From: Octopus vulgaris
Lineage: Eukaryota
Direction: 5' to 3'
Assembly (NCBI GenBank): GCA_951406725.2
Contig: OX597824.1
Location: 95,170,001-95,234,000 of the forward strand
Length of the DNA: 64,000 nt
Shown: piece after piece, positions 49,049 to 62,705 of the stretch
Layout of the letters: the number at the start of each line of letters is the position of its first letter
How positions within the stretch are numbered: position 1 is the first letter of the stretch
The notes under the pieces: generated by a model
What the model saw: the letters and a program-made list of their open reading frames with translations, nothing else
Databases searched by the model: none
What the model was told of the DNA's origin: nothing
Translations under genes and position numbers: made by a program

Positions 49049-52000
49049 CTGCAACAAGTAAAAGAAATATAATACAATTCTTTCCAGTTTGTCAAAATCT
49101 GCATTTAGGAATTAAAGAAGAGTGAAATAAATAGAATACTACAAAAGGATAAAATGGGTTCGAATCATTGATGTTCTGGGGTGTGATTAATAAAGTGGTT
49201 ACCAGGAATTTGATAGAAGCAGATAGCATAAGTGACTGGGAATTGACAAATGGTAGATTAATAGTCATAAGAAAAAGAAAAAAACTTTCTCTGCATTTGA
49301 AATCATCATCATCATCATCATCATCGTTTAATGTCTGCTTTCCATGCTGGCATGGGTTGGACGATTTGACTGAGGACTGGTGAACCAGATGGCTACACCA
49401 GGCTTCAATCTTGATCTGGCAGAGTTTCTACAGCTGGATGCCCTTCCTAATGCCAACCACTCCGAGAGTGTAGTGGATGCTTTTTATGTGCCACCGGCAT
49501 GAGGGCCAGTCAGGCAGTACTGGCAACGGCCACGCTCAAATGGTGCTTTTTACGTGCTACCTGCACAAGAGCCAGTCCAGCGATACTGGCAACGACCTGC
49601 TCGAAATGAATTCAAATTTCTGCTATACAGGTAACAACTGAATTTCAGAGTTCATAATTGTTTTAACTTCTTGAAAAAAACCCCAAAAAACAAATGAAAA
49701 CTATCTTACCAATATAGGCATCAGTATCCGTGACCATATATTTGTCATGGTTAACACGTGCAAAAGGAATCTTATCCTGTTCAGGAGTAAAACTTGGAAC
49801 GTGGAAGAATTTCTGAAATTGCAAAAGAAATAGCAACTATTGTAGATAACATTATGTGAAAGAAACGTGATGTTTGTTGGCGGCATGCATGATGAGGGCA
49901 GAAAATTTGGTGAACATTGAAAATATGAAATGAGTTTAACCTTTTGGAGACAAAATGCTAATTTACATCAAAAGGCCGAAGAGAAGTCATCATCATCATT
50001 TTAATATCCGCTTTTCCATACTCACACGGGTCAGATGAGATTTGTTGAGATAGATTTTAATATGGCTGGATGCTCTTCCTGTCATCAACCCTCACCTGTT
50101 TTCAAGCAATGTAATATTTTCCCAAAGTGGGGGGAAAATGTTGTGAGAACTGATATGAAAACGATAAACTCCACAGTTTTTGTTTTTTATTTTAATTTAA
50201 AAAAATTTTTATTTTAAAGCATTCACTCATTACAAGGTCCTTAGACCACTGAAAATGTAAGGGCCATTAGAATAAAATGGACGCTAGGGAGAAGTCATTA
50301 GGTGGCCATGTGCATCAGACTTAAAAGACTGGCGGTCATATCGAAGAGGGAAACAAGACTGTGGAAGGGGATTCCAAAGTTCAGAGGTGCGAGGGAAGAA
50401 ACTGGTGCCGTAAAGGGCTTTACAACACTTAGGAGTTGAGATATTGGTTTCAAATTTTGGCACAAGGCCAGCAATTAGGGGATAAGTCAATTACATTGAC
50501 CCCAGTGCTCAACTGGTATTTATTTTATCAATCCCAAAAGGATGAAAGGCAAAATTAACCTCAGCAGATGCTGACGAAGAATTTGAATATAAAAACATTG
50601 ATACAAGGAAAAAAGGACTCTTTCTTATTGAAAGGAAAATAACATTCTGAAATTCACATTAGCCATTTAAATATTTTTTCCTACTCTAAGCACAGGGCCT
50701 GAAATTTTTGGAGAGTTGGGCGGGGGCAGTCAATGAGATCGACCCCAGTACACAACTGGTACTTAATTTATTGATCCTGAAAGGATGAAAGGCAAAGTCG
50801 ACCTAAAATCAAAATACATTGAAAACACAAAGTACATACCACTTGAATTCTAGCTCGTCCGGTACCATTCAGAGCAGCCAAAGAAGTCAGGTAATTGTAT
50901 ACACTCGGCTTTGTGTGTTTCCACAAGCTACACATCATGAAGACTTCAACACCTTTGTTAAATGACACAGTTCTGAGGGCATTATCAATAACTGGCCAGA
51001 ATCTGGTAATGAAAGGAATAAAAAGTTTTTTAAATTACTATATATTTTGTATCGCACTGGTATTGAATAAACTATTTTGTTGTATTAGGATGAGTTCAAA
51101 TAATTTTCACATAAATGGATAAAAATATGTCAGTTAAAAGAATGCTACTAAGTTACTAACTCCACACACACACACATTCATTCCTTTGTTTTACATCAGT
51201 ATTTCCATTGTAGTATGGGTTATGGGATTTTTTTTATTCCACTTGTCTTTGAAAGTACAAAGCTAGCAGACAGTTTCCTCATAGGAACGTCAATAAACAT
51301 CACCATCTGTAGGTCAGTTCTTAGGGTTCTAGCAGAAGACACTTGCCCAAGACGCTGAGCGATAACACTGGACCCAAAACAAAATGGATGTGAAGTGGAC
51401 TTCTTAACTTAAAGACTATACGTGTGTGTCAATATATATACTCTTCCACTCGTTTCAGTCACTTGACTGTGGCCATGCTGGAGCACCGCCTTTAGTCGAG
51501 CAAATCGACCCCAGGACTTATTCTTTGTAAGCCTAGTACTTATTCTATCAGTCTCTCTTGCCAAATTTCTAAGTGATGGGGATGTAAACACGCCAGCATC
51601 GGTTGTCAAGCGATGTTGGGGGAGGAAAAACACAGACACACAAACATATACATACACACACACACATACACGACGGGCTTCTTTCAGTTTCCGTGTACCA
51701 AATCCACTCACAAGGCTTTGGTCAGCCCAATGCTGAAGACACTTGCCCAAAGTGCCACGCAGTGGGACAGAACCCAGAATCATGTGGTTGGTAAGCAAGC
51801 TATTTACCACACAGCCACTCTTGCACCTATATATATATATAAGGGTAATGAGGGACCCCCTTTGGTTATGAATGACCATGGGATTGCATCTAGAAAGTTC
51901 CCTTCTGAGACACAAGTCTGGGCAAGGTTGTTTATGGATCACCAGCAGTCACCCATGCATACCAACCTCCCCTCTCCATGCCACCAGTGTTATCCAAGGG

Positions 52001-55000
52001 AAAGGCAAAGGGGCCGATACAGCTTGGCACCAGAGACATCGCAACACATTTCTACAGCTGAGTGAAAACTGAAACAACATGAAATAAAGTGCCTTGCTCA
52101 AGAAGACAACACACACCCCAGCCTGGGTATTGAACTCACTACCTCATAATTGTGAGCCCAATGCTCTAACTTCTGAGCCATATACAAACATACATATTAC
52201 ATATATTACACGGTCTGATCAATAAGTATCCGGACTGTTGCCATAGTAACGAAGCTAAAGCATGCTGTTTGAAGCCACTTGGCACAGATTGACCTTGGAC
52301 TCTGCTGTGCATGTACACTAAGTTTTAATGTTCTAGCTCACTTCTACCGTTTACAGCAGTGCTTGGAAAGAAGGTGTGTAGTGTGTGATCGTTGCATTGA
52401 CTGACCATGACATAGAAAGTTGTCATGGCGATACTTGTTCAGAGGCCTACACAAAGTTGCAGAAAGAGTATGGGGAGGAGTGTATGAGCTGCACACAAGT
52501 GTATGAGTGGTTCAGATATTTCTAAGATGGCCGAAAATATGTTGATAGTAACGAACGTTCTAGGAGGCCTGCAATTAGCAGAACTGTGAAAAACATCACA
52601 GATATGCATGTAGCTGTGAGGGGAAATCATTAAGTCACCACCCATGAGTTATCATGGGATGTGCAGATTAGTTATGGTTCAATTCTGTCCATTATCACTG
52701 AAGATTTGGGTATGCAACGCCTGTCTGCCAGGTTTGCACCAGAACTGCTTTCAGCTGAACAAATGGACACTCGGGGTTTCAGTTACACAAGAACCTGATT
52801 GTGTTGAGAATGATGAAAACTTTGTGTGGGCCCCTGAGCAGGTCTCACCAAGCTTTTGACAAAATTTGATGCAGATTCTCTTTACAAAAGTGAAAGAAAC
52901 TAAAATAGTGATAACATTAACAGCAACTTACTTTTTAGGATAAGCGTAGATTAGAGCAGGAGCATAATCCATGACAGCTATGTGGATAAACTTCTTAGCA
53001 GAATGGATAACGTCCAGAATTGCATCGATGTCACCTGTTCGTCCATTTGCACAGAAAGGTGGAGGCGAACTCTGGAAGAAAAAATGGGTTTCAATTCATA
53101 TATTTAAGAAATAATATATTTTCTGAGATCATAAAAAATTTTGAAAAATACTTCCGGAGGAAAGAGTTTTATGGCTACAAAAAGGGGTTTTGTGTGTTCC
53201 TTCTCGAGCCACGCCTGGCTCATAGGGCCGGTTTCTGGTTTCCTTGGCGTATAGGTTCCCTACCTGGACGGGACACCGGTCCGTCGCAGGTGAGCTGCTA
53301 GATGCAGGAGGAAAGAGTGAGAGAAAGTTGTGGCGAAATAGTCAGCAGAAGTTCACCATTACCTTTTGCTGGAGCTGCGTGGAGCTTAGGTGTTTCACTC
53401 ATAAACACACACACATCGCCCGGTCTGAGATTCAAACCCGTGATCCCTCGACCGCAAGTCCGCTGCTCTAACCACTAGGCCATGTGCCTAGTAGATAGGT
53501 GGGTGGGGTGAATACAAAAAATTCCAATGATTCCAGGATGGGGCGGTTTCACACCCACCCCTTTTTTGTGAACATAAATAGGGGTTTGCGACATATTAGG
53601 AGGTCAGGTTACTTGATTCCATGCAAAAAATCTGAGTTTTTTTTCTTGTTTCTTAGTGAAAATCATGTGGGTTAAAATATCAAAATTTACCAAATTTTTA
53701 ACTTAATTCCTAGAACAGAATAGGCGTAGGAGTGGCTGTGTGGTAAGTAGCTTGCTTACGAACCACATGGTTCCAGGTTCAGTCCCACTGCATGGCACCT
53801 TGGGCAAGTGTCTTCTACTATAGCCTCGGGCGGACCAAAGCCTTGTGAGTGGATTTGGTAGACGGAAACTGAAAGAAACCCGTCACATATATATATATGT
53901 ATGTGTGTGTGTATATGTTTGTGTGTCTGTGTTTGTCCCCTCAACATCGCTTGACAACCGATGCTGGTGTGTTTACATCCCCGTAACTTAGCGGTTCGGC
54001 AAAAGAGACCGATAGAATAAGTACTAGGCTTACAAAGAATAAGTCCTGGGGACGATTTGCTCGACTAAAGGTGGTGCTCCAGCATGGCCACAGTCAAATG
54101 ACTGTAACAAGTAAAGGAGAGCAAAGAGTTGTTTGTTTTCCTGAAAGTAGATAGAAACAAGTAAAGTGATGTGTTTTGTCCAAGAGAGTAACTTACGAGA
54201 AGCCAAGGGTGAATGTATAACTTATTTCTCTATAAACTTAACAACTTTGACACATAAGTGTTTTTGGTATGAAATAACCTTTGGCAATAGAAACTTACTG
54301 ACAAATATGTATTATAATTGGTTCCATTGAAATTCACATTCAGAGGGTTGGTTTTATTGAAGTGAGTACTGTAAGAGTTTGGCCATACACTGGGCAGTTT
54401 CTCAGTTTTACTCAAATACCAGTAGACATCAAACAGCTTCCCCATGTCTTGTGCAAGAGAACTACATTTGGTGACTATGGCACCCATTTCTTTTATCTGA
54501 AAATAAACAAATAAAATACAATGTCATTTTTTAAAAACTTATAATATACAAAAAGTGAATAATTTTTTCATTGTCTTGTTATATTATTTTTCAAAATATT
54601 TTTTACTGGCAGGATTCTTCATATCTCATAATATTCTTTTAAGTGTTTCAGTCATTTGACTGTGGCCATGCTGGGGCACTGCCTTTAGCTGAACAAATCG
54701 ACCCCATGACTTATTCTATCAGTCTCTTGTCAAACTGCTAAGTTATGGGGACGTAAACACACCGATGCCAGTTGTCAAGCAATGGTGGGGTGGGGTGGGG
54801 GATAAATAGGGATGCACACACATGCATACACATACGACAGGCTTCTTTCAGTTTCCGTCTACCAAATCCACTCACAAGGCTTCGATTGGCCTGAGGCTAT
54901 AGGAGAAGACACTTGTCCATGGTACCACATAGTGGGACTGAACCCAGAAACATGTGATTGGGAAGTAAGCTTCTTACCAAACAGCCATTGTTGCACCTAT

Positions 55001-58000
55001 ATGTTTAATTAATTTTCATTAAAAAGTCATTTGTAAGTCATATTTTCATATTGTCATTGCTTCATGTCCATGGTTGCACCAACCCAATAATATGTAAACC
55101 ATTACCCAATAATATGTAAACCATTAATATCATCATCATCATTCATTATCGCTTTGACATTGACTTTTCCATGATGGCATGGGTCAGATAGAATTTGTTG
55201 AGATGATTTTTCTATGGTTGGATTCCCTCCCTGTCACCAACCCTTATTTGTTTTCCTAGTAATGTAATATTTTGCCATTACCTGACAGGTGTTCATGGAA
55301 GATTGGAACTGAAGGATATCTGACCTGCTGTTCTTGACGAGACTTATTGAGTCAAGTACGTCAACACCAACATCAAAATAAAAATCAAATGGAAATTGTA
55401 GTTAAGACACCTGTGCTGGTGACACGTAAAAAGCACCGTCCGAACGTGGCAGATGCCAGCGCCGCCTGACTGGCGTCCGTGTCGGTGACATGTAAAAGCA
55501 CCAACCAATTGTGGCCGTTTGCCAGCCTCCCCTGGCACGTAAAAAGTACCCTCTACACTCATGGAGTGGTTGGTGTTAGGAAGGGCATCAAGCTGTAGAA
55601 AAACTGCCAGATCAGACTGGAGCCTGGTGCAGCCTCTATGGCTTCCCAGGCCCCGGTCGAACTGTCCAACCCATGCCAGCATGGAGAACGGGCGTTAAAT
55701 GATGATGATGATGATGACGACAACACTCACAATTATCACATGATGTCAAGGCAAGGAGACAGTAACACAAACCTCCTTATATACAAGGGCTTCTTCCAGT
55801 TTCCGTCTACTAAATCTACTCACAAGGCTTTGGTCACCTTCAGTAGAAGAAACTTACACAAGATGACGGGCTTCTTTCAGTTTCCATCTACCAAATCCAT
55901 TCACAAGGCTTCGGTCGGCCCGAGGCTATAGTAGAAGACACTTGCCTATGGTGCCACATAGTGGGACTGAACCCGGAAACATGTGATTGGGAAGTAAGCT
56001 TCTTACCAAACAGCCATGACTGCACCCATGGTGGGACTGAACCTGAAACCAACTGGGTGGGAAGCAAACTTCTTATCACACAGCCACATCTGAACCTAAC
56101 ACACAAGTTGGAAAAAGAAAAAATTCTTACTTGAGTGAATGAACGCCAGTCAAGGTTATTACTTCCAACATAAAAATGCTTTCTGTCTACAAGCCACATC
56201 TTGGTGTGCAAAATTCCAGCGTGCATAAGTTTTGGCACATCTAAATTCTGAACAATTGCAGAAGCTAAAGAAAGAAAAAGAAGAGAGAAAGTAGAAAAAA
56301 AAAAGCAATTAAAATCATATCATTTCCAAATTAATTATTCCTACTGTTTCCTTAATCATTTAGTGTTTGCATTATTCTGCCAAAATTAATCCTTTTTTAT
56401 CCACATTGCCTTGTGGAGGCACATGGCCTAGTGGTAAGAGCAACGGACTCGCAGACAAGGGATCGTGGGTTCGAATCTCAGACCGGGCGATGTGTGTTTT
56501 TATGAGCGAAACACCTAAGTTCCACACGGCTCTGGCAGAAGGTAATAGTGAACTTCTGCTGACTCTTTCACCACAACTTTCTCTCACTCTTTCCTCTTGC
56601 ATCTTGCAGCTCCCCTGCGACGGACCGGCGTCACATCCAGGTGGGGAACATATACGCCAAAGAAACCGGGAAACCGGCCCTTATGAGCCAGGTATGGCTC
56701 GAGAAGGAACAAACAAAAAACACATTGCCTTGAACTAATCAGGCATTATCTTGGTGCTATGAGATTTTGATGAGGAAGCTGTTCATTTTTAAAACGACAT
56801 TGTAGGGCTGGTGTGAGAGACCAGATGTGGCCAGTTTGAACATAAAACAGGCAGAATACTTTTGGCCGGATATGGCTGGTTTAAATGCTAAAGGGTTAAT
56901 CAGTAAAGAGCAGAATCGGTACATACTTCATCCGCCTTTTGTGGCACCAGGTAACCCCCAACTTCTTCTTGGAACTACTTCCTATACACAACCACCCATC
57001 ATTCTCATTATCATCCCTTCCTATACTATTTCGTACCGTGAAGGTGCGTGGCTTAGTGGTTAGGGCATTCAACTGACGATTGTAAGGTCGTGAGTTCGAT
57101 TCCCGGCGATGCGTTGTGTCCTTGAGCAAAACACTTTATTTCCTGTTGCTCCAGTCCACTCACCTGGCAAAAATGAGTTGTACCTGTATTTCAAAGGACC
57201 AGCTTGTCACACTGTGTGTCACGCTGAATCTCCCTGAGAACTACGTTAGGGGTACGCATATCTTTGGATTGCTCAGTCACTTGCACGTTAATTTCACGAG
57301 CAAGCTGTTCCGTTGATCATATCAGCTGGGACCCTCATCGTCGTAACCGACGGAGTGCTCCTCCTTAATTTCGTACCAATCACCCCCTTTCTTTGCCTGC
57401 AGTTAGCTTTCCTCCTCCTCTGAGTTACATTCTAGACCTGCCACACTTCATCTTTAATAATTCTCATATCTGCTAACATTCTCAATACTCTCTCATACCC
57501 CTATCAACGACCCCATTCCACCATTGTCACCTCATTCCCTTTAGCCAGCCTTACGTATCTCTGACCTCCATCTCTGTCACTGCATATTTCTCTACTTTCT
57601 GATCAGTCTACAGCTTTATGATAATGTTCTCTGTTGCCGCAAAGGTGGCAAGCTGGCAGAAACGTTAGCATGCTGGGTGAAATCCCGAGTGTGGAGGTGT
57701 CCGAGTAGCATGGCTCGTTACATTCTGAGTTCAAATTCTGCCGAGGTTGACTTTGCCTTTCATCCTTTTGGGGTCGATTAAATAACTACCAGTTACGCAC
57801 TGAGGTTGATATAATCGACTTAATGCTTGGTGGCGTTTCTACTGGCTTTTGAGGTTGACTTTGTGTTTCATCCTTTTTGGGGTTGATAAAATAAAGTACC
57901 AGTTGCTGCATTTGATTTGTCCTCTTCCATCAAAATTATTAGCCTTGAACCCTGCAATGGACTTGTGCCCCATTCAAAGGTAATGTTATGATCTCAGTTG

Positions 58001-61000
58001 ATTATACACCATAAAAACAAAACAACCAGCCTTATAAATTCCAGGGCTTGAAATAAACAAGAAAACTTTAACATTGAATATCATTAAATGGTCTTTGTCA
58101 TCAACTTCTGAATGTACATTGGTGTTGCTATCTCTATCAAAGTCCATCATCCGAATAAGGACAACTCACAAAATTTAAAAGCAGACCAAACCACAATATA
58201 GGAAACACATGCTCTGACTGTCATTCCGTACTTCTCACAGTCACACATCATCATCATTTAATGTCTGTCTTCTATACTGACATGGGTTGGACAGTTTGAC
58301 AGGGGTTGACCAGCAAGAGAGCTGCACCAGGCTGCAGTGTCTGTTTTGGCATAGTTTCTATGGTTGTATGCGCTTCTTTATGCCAACCACTTTACGGAGT
58401 GTACTGGGTACTTTTTATGTAGCACCAGCCCAGGTGCTTTTTATGTGGTGCCAGCATGGGTACCTTTTACATAGCACTGGCATGGGTGATTTTTATGTGA
58501 CACTGGCCCCAGGTGCTTTTTACATGGTACTGTCCTAGTGCTTTTAATGTGGCACCAGTACAGGTGATTTTTATGTGACCCTAGCATGGATGCTTTTTCC
58601 ATGGCCCCTGCACATATATATTGTTCGTTCCTGGCTGAAGGAAGCCATTGAGGGTTCAAGACTGGCATAGAAGAGAAAAGTATTGAAGAAAATTTTACAC
58701 TAGAATGAAACATTTATGATAAAGTTACCTTCTTTGCTGAGGATTTTTGTATCAGTATTAGGAAATCGTGGGTTCGGTTTATTCTGAACAATTTTTATTG
58801 TAATTTTCCTATTCTTTCCAGCATCAATGAGTTTTTTAAAGATGTTCTCTCCCTAAAGTAAAAGAAAAGTTATATACAACTAAAAAAATAAAATATAAAC
58901 ACACAGCTAAAAATGTTGAAGTTATAATCCTAGAAATGTAGAGAAATAAATAGATTTATGTAATTCCAAGACTACGCAAATGTCAAAATTGACATTTCCC
59001 AAACTGACCGTTCTATCGTGGAGAAATGGCACTTAAAAATCAGGGAAACAAATATATAACAAAAGGAATCATGCTAGCTTCATTTCTTTCACGCCTACGC
59101 GTGTCCTCCGTATTCACGGCCCATGTTTCACTGCCATGAAGCATGGCAGTTCCCACACATGCGTCGTACAATCTACCTTTCACTCTGAGTGAGAGACCCT
59201 TTATCGCCAGTAGGGGAAGAAGCTTTCTACATATCCATTATATTTTCATTCTTATTTCTTTACTGCCCACAAGGGGCTAAACACAGAGGGGACAAACAAG
59301 GACAGACAAACGGATTAAGTCGATTATAACGACCCCAGTGCGTAACTGGTACTTAATTTATCAACCCCGAAAGGATGAAAGGCAAAGTCGACCTTGGTGG
59401 AATTTGAACTCAGAACATAACGGCAGACGAAATACCGCTCAGCATTTCACCTGGCGTGCTAACATTTCTGCCAGCTTGCCACCTTTTTGTGCCAAAAAAT
59501 TGAAATCAAATGTACATTATTATTTTTGTGAATAGCTTTGTTGCATTAACAAAGGGATGTGGGTTCAAGTCCCACATGTACTGGAAAGACTACTTTTTTT
59601 CTCCTGAGGGCTTATATGTCCCATTATTCGACTATTTTCCTTAATCATTTCCATGGTGATCGCTATAAGCTTAAAAAAAATACCATTATTATTATTATTT
59701 TTATAGATGATAATATATACATGCAAGATGGTGTTGAATAAATTTTTCAGGATAATAAACATAAAAAGCAAATTAACCAGAGGTAGAAATATGAACCCTT
59801 ACTTGCCAAGATGATGAGGAATTGTATACATCTTTTGCTTGCAGTGACCAGTAAAAAGAGGCTATTTCAATTGTATGCTTAGCATTTTCAATCAGGGACA
59901 TGATGCCATCATAGGTAGTCAGGTGTGATGGTGAACCTGCAGGATAGGTCAAGTTTTCAGGTACACTCTCAGCTAAGGATATCCTAGAAATAAAGGTACA
60001 AAGGTCTTTGATTAGTCCAGTTGAGAAAGCTTACCAAATCTATCTGATAAATTGACAGTTATGTAATATATAATCACCACCGCCCACCATCACCAGGCTC
60101 CAGTCTGATCTGGCAGTGTTTCTACAGCTGGATGCCCTTCCTAATGCCAACCACTCCATGAGTGTAGTGGGTGTTTTTTACATGCCACCGGCACAGGGGC
60201 CAGAGGAGGCTGGCAAACGGCCATGATCGGTTGGTGCCTTTTATGTGCCACCGGTATGGGTATCACAACTACAATTTCCATTTGATTTTTTTTTTTGATG
60301 TTGATGTACTTGACTCAATAGGTCTCCACAAGCACAGCAGGTCACCCGACAATCCAAGGTAAGCACAGCAGGCCGTCCTGTGAGTCATGAACTCACTTCA
60401 TTTGTCGGGTCTTCGCAGTCACAGCATATCTCCAGAGGTCTCAGTCTTTCATCACTGCCTCTGTGAGGCCCAACGTTCGAAGGTCATGCTTGACCACCTC
60501 ATCCCATGTATTCCTGGGTCTACTTCTTCCCTGGGTTCCTTCAACTGTTTGGGAGTGGCAAACTCATCCATCCGTAGTACGTGACCATACCAACACAAAC
60601 GTCTCTCCTGCACGCCATATCCGATGCTTCTTATGCCCAACATTTCTCTCAGGGCGCTTACACTCTGTCCTGCATGGACACTGATATTACACATCCAGCG
60701 GATCATGCTAGCTTCATTTCTTACGAGCCTACACATGTCCTCTGCATTCACGGGCCATGTTTCACTGCCATGAAGCATGGCAGTTCACACACATGCGCCG
60801 TACAATCAACCTTTCACTCTTAGTGAGAGACCCTTTGTTGCCAGTAGGGGAAGAAGCTTTCTACATATCCATTATATTTTCATTCTTATTTCTTTACTGC
60901 CCACAAGGGGCTAAACACAGAGGGGACAAACAAGGACAGACAAACGGATTAAGTTGATTATATCGACCCCAGTGTGTAACTGGTACTTATTTAATTGATT

Positions 61001-61705
61001 TCAAAAGGATGACAGGCAAAGTCAACCTCGGCGGAATTTGGACTCAGAACGTAACGGCAGATGAAATACAGCTAAGCATTTCACCCAGCATGCTAACGTT
61101 TCCGCCAGCTCACCGCCCTATATTTTCATTCTTGTCAAATTTTGGTAAGTGCACAATTTGTCGTGGCATTACGTGCGTGTTGTAAGCGAGTGTCAGTGTC
61201 ATGCCAGTGGTAGTCTTTCTTTCCAAAGTTCTGTGAAATTGTAACTGGTCATGGGAAAATATATCAGGTTTGCTTGGGAACAGGTGAGAAGTGATAACAG
61301 GAAGGGCATCAAGGTGTAGAAAATCCATTTCAATGAATTCCACCTGAACCATGCAAGCATTTAAAGTGTGTTGTGATTTTAGTTTTGATCACGTGATTTT
61401 GACTGTCTTGATTGCTGCCATATGCCTGCAGTTGATTTGCTCAACTAAAGATGGTGCTCCAGCATGGCTGAAGTCAAATGACTGAAACAAATAAAATAAA
61501 AGAAAGCCTGATCAAATCATGTTACTCAACCTATTGATCTTTACTCAACCTATTGAGTACTACTGAGCTATTGAGTCACCTTTAAAGTATGAAAAAGTAT
61601 TAAAGTCATCTGTACTTACATACATTCTGTATTCATCTCATCAAACAGGAAGCTGTATGAGCCTAACACACTCAAGTACAGGGAAAATATAAGCTGCAAA
61701 ATCAT
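48888..61705 (-). CDS. PLD3: PLD3/PLD4-like 5'-3' exonuclease/phospholipase D-superfamily protein, paralog A (at least 429 aa, 9 coding exons)
   Basis: Exons 61705-61620, 59983-59803, 58852-58729, 56264-56131, 54496-54299, 53071-52932, 51002-50840, 49812-49710, 49048-48888; GT-AG with consistent phases, 1290 nt. Motifs IASFYWSL, HTKMWLVD..GSNNLDWRS..KEMG, IPFARVNHDKYMVTD..GTSNWSGDYF, VFQRDWNSKY. Confidence 0.93.
49710..49812 (-). CDS. PLD3: PLD3-like A exon 8 (second HKD motif)
   Basis: KFFHVPSFTPEQDKIPFARVNHDKYMVTDTDAYI; 103 nt. Confidence 0.94.
50285..50430 (-). mobile_element. LINE (CR1/L2/Jockey-type) 3' coding fragment
   Basis: SFFPRTSELWNPLPQSCFPLRYDRQSFKS. Confidence 0.6.
50840..51002 (-). 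CDS. PLD3: PLD3-like A exon 7
   Basis: FWPVIDNALRTVSFNKGVEVFMMCSLWKHT...RIQV; 163 nt; gtatgt donor. Confidence 0.92.
52208..52880 (+). mobile_element. Mariner remnant, N-terminal HTH region
   Basis: tacacggtctgatcaataagtatccggact terminus; AYTKLQKEYGEECMSCTQVYEWFRYF. Confidence 0.75.
52932..53071 (-). CDS. PLD3: PLD3-like A exon 6
   Basis: SSPPPFCANGRTGDIDAILDVIHSAKKFIHIAVMDYAPALIYAYPK; 140 nt. Confidence 0.94.
54299..54496 (-). CDS. PLD3: PLD3-like A exon 5
   Basis: IKEMGAIVTKCSSLAQDMGKLFDVYWYL...TYLS; 198 nt. Confidence 0.94.
56131..56264 (-). CDS. PLD3: PLD3-like A exon 4 (first HKD motif)
   Basis: AGILHTKMWLVDRKHFYVGSNNLDWRSFTQ; 134 nt. Confidence 0.95.
56413..56715 (+). mobile_element. 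tRNA-derived SINE (second family); minus-strand copies at 25040-25345 and 53190-53490
   Basis: A box tggcctagtgg, B box ggttcgaatct, followed by a non-tRNA body. Confidence 0.8.
57041..57362 (+). mobile_element. tRNA-derived SINE with a CORE-like tgtgtccttgagcaa segment
   Basis: A box tggcttagtgg, B box agttcgattcc. Confidence 0.7.
58729..58852 (-). CDS. PLD3: PLD3-like A exon 3
   Basis: GENIFKKLIDAGKNRKITIKIVQNKP...; 124 nt. Confidence 0.9.
59803..59983 (-). CDS. PLD3: PLD3-like A exon 2
   Basis: ISLAESVPENLTYPAGSPSHLTTYDGIMSLIENAKHTIEIASFYWSL; 181 nt. Confidence 0.93.
60360..60860 (-). mobile_element. RTE-clade LINE 3' fragment
   Basis: MLHGSETWPVNAEDMCRLVRNEASMIRWMCNIS..QERRLCWYGHVLRM; related pieces at 4540-4750, 17660-18040 and 59068-59225. 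Confidence 0.85.
61620..61705 (-). CDS. PLD3: PLD3-like A coding exon 1 (MILQLIFSLYLSVLGSYSFLFDEMNTEC); exon extends to 61744 with an open frame
   Basis: Acceptor ttgtctctttttatag at 61745-61746; gtaagt donor; phase 2; hydrophobic segment ending in the Cys also seen in paralog B. Confidence 0.75.
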
Positions 61706-62470
61706 AATGGTCCTCCACTCAGCCAATGAAGTTTTCCACAAAAACTATAAAAAGAGACAAAGAAAAAATGAATTTTGAGAATTTGAAATACTGTACCCCA
61801 TTGTTAAATAGAGTGATGCAGAAATGGGTGTTCGTTACTTGAAACATTTCTATCAATTTTGGGAGGTTTTTCTTACTTTGGCCAGGTGTTGTCTACTACA
61901 GCCTTGGACCAGCTAACCAAAGTATTGTAAGTGGATTTGGTAGACAGAAACTGTAAGAGCATATCATGTTATATATATATATCATCATCATCATTTAGTG
62001 TCCGCTTTCCATGCTAGCATGGATTGGATGGTTCAACTGGGGTCTGTGAAGCCAGAAGGCTGCACGGCCCAGTCTGATCTGGCAGTGTTTCTACGGCTGG
62101 ATGCCCTTCCTAACACCAACCACTCCGTGAGTGTAGTGGGTGCTTTTTACGTGCCACTGGCCAGACGGAGCTGGCAAACGGCCATGGACAGATGGTGCTT
62201 TTTACGTGCCACTGGCACGGGGGCCAGACGAGGCTGGCAACGGCCATGAACGGATGGTGCTTTTTATGTGCCACCGGCACGGAGGCCAGTTAGGGCAGCG
62301 CTGGCAATGGCCACGATCAGATGGTTCGCTTACTTGTCACCGGCACTGGTATCACAGCTGCAATTTCCATTGATGTTGATCAACTTCGATTTTGGTTCTG
62401 CTTTCTGATTTGATTTGATTTGACTTGACTTTGATTTTCACTTGATATATATATATGTGTGTGTGTGTGT

Positions 62471-62518
<48 letters not shown>

Positions 62519-62705
62519 ATGTATATATATATATATACAAAATTTAGAGAATTGACCTCTAAAAGTGGACAGCCTGTATACTAGAAATAGATGTCAAAAT
62601 CGCCATTTTCCATGGAGAATGTGTTCTCAAGAAAAAATTCAGCAAAAAACCAAAGTTTAAAAATAAGCAAAACAAATGAAAATATACGAAATAAAAAACG
62701 ATTAC

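Noticed and set aside
50565-50605. CTGACGA...AAAC as another hammerhead
   Set aside because: No stem I or stem II complementarity
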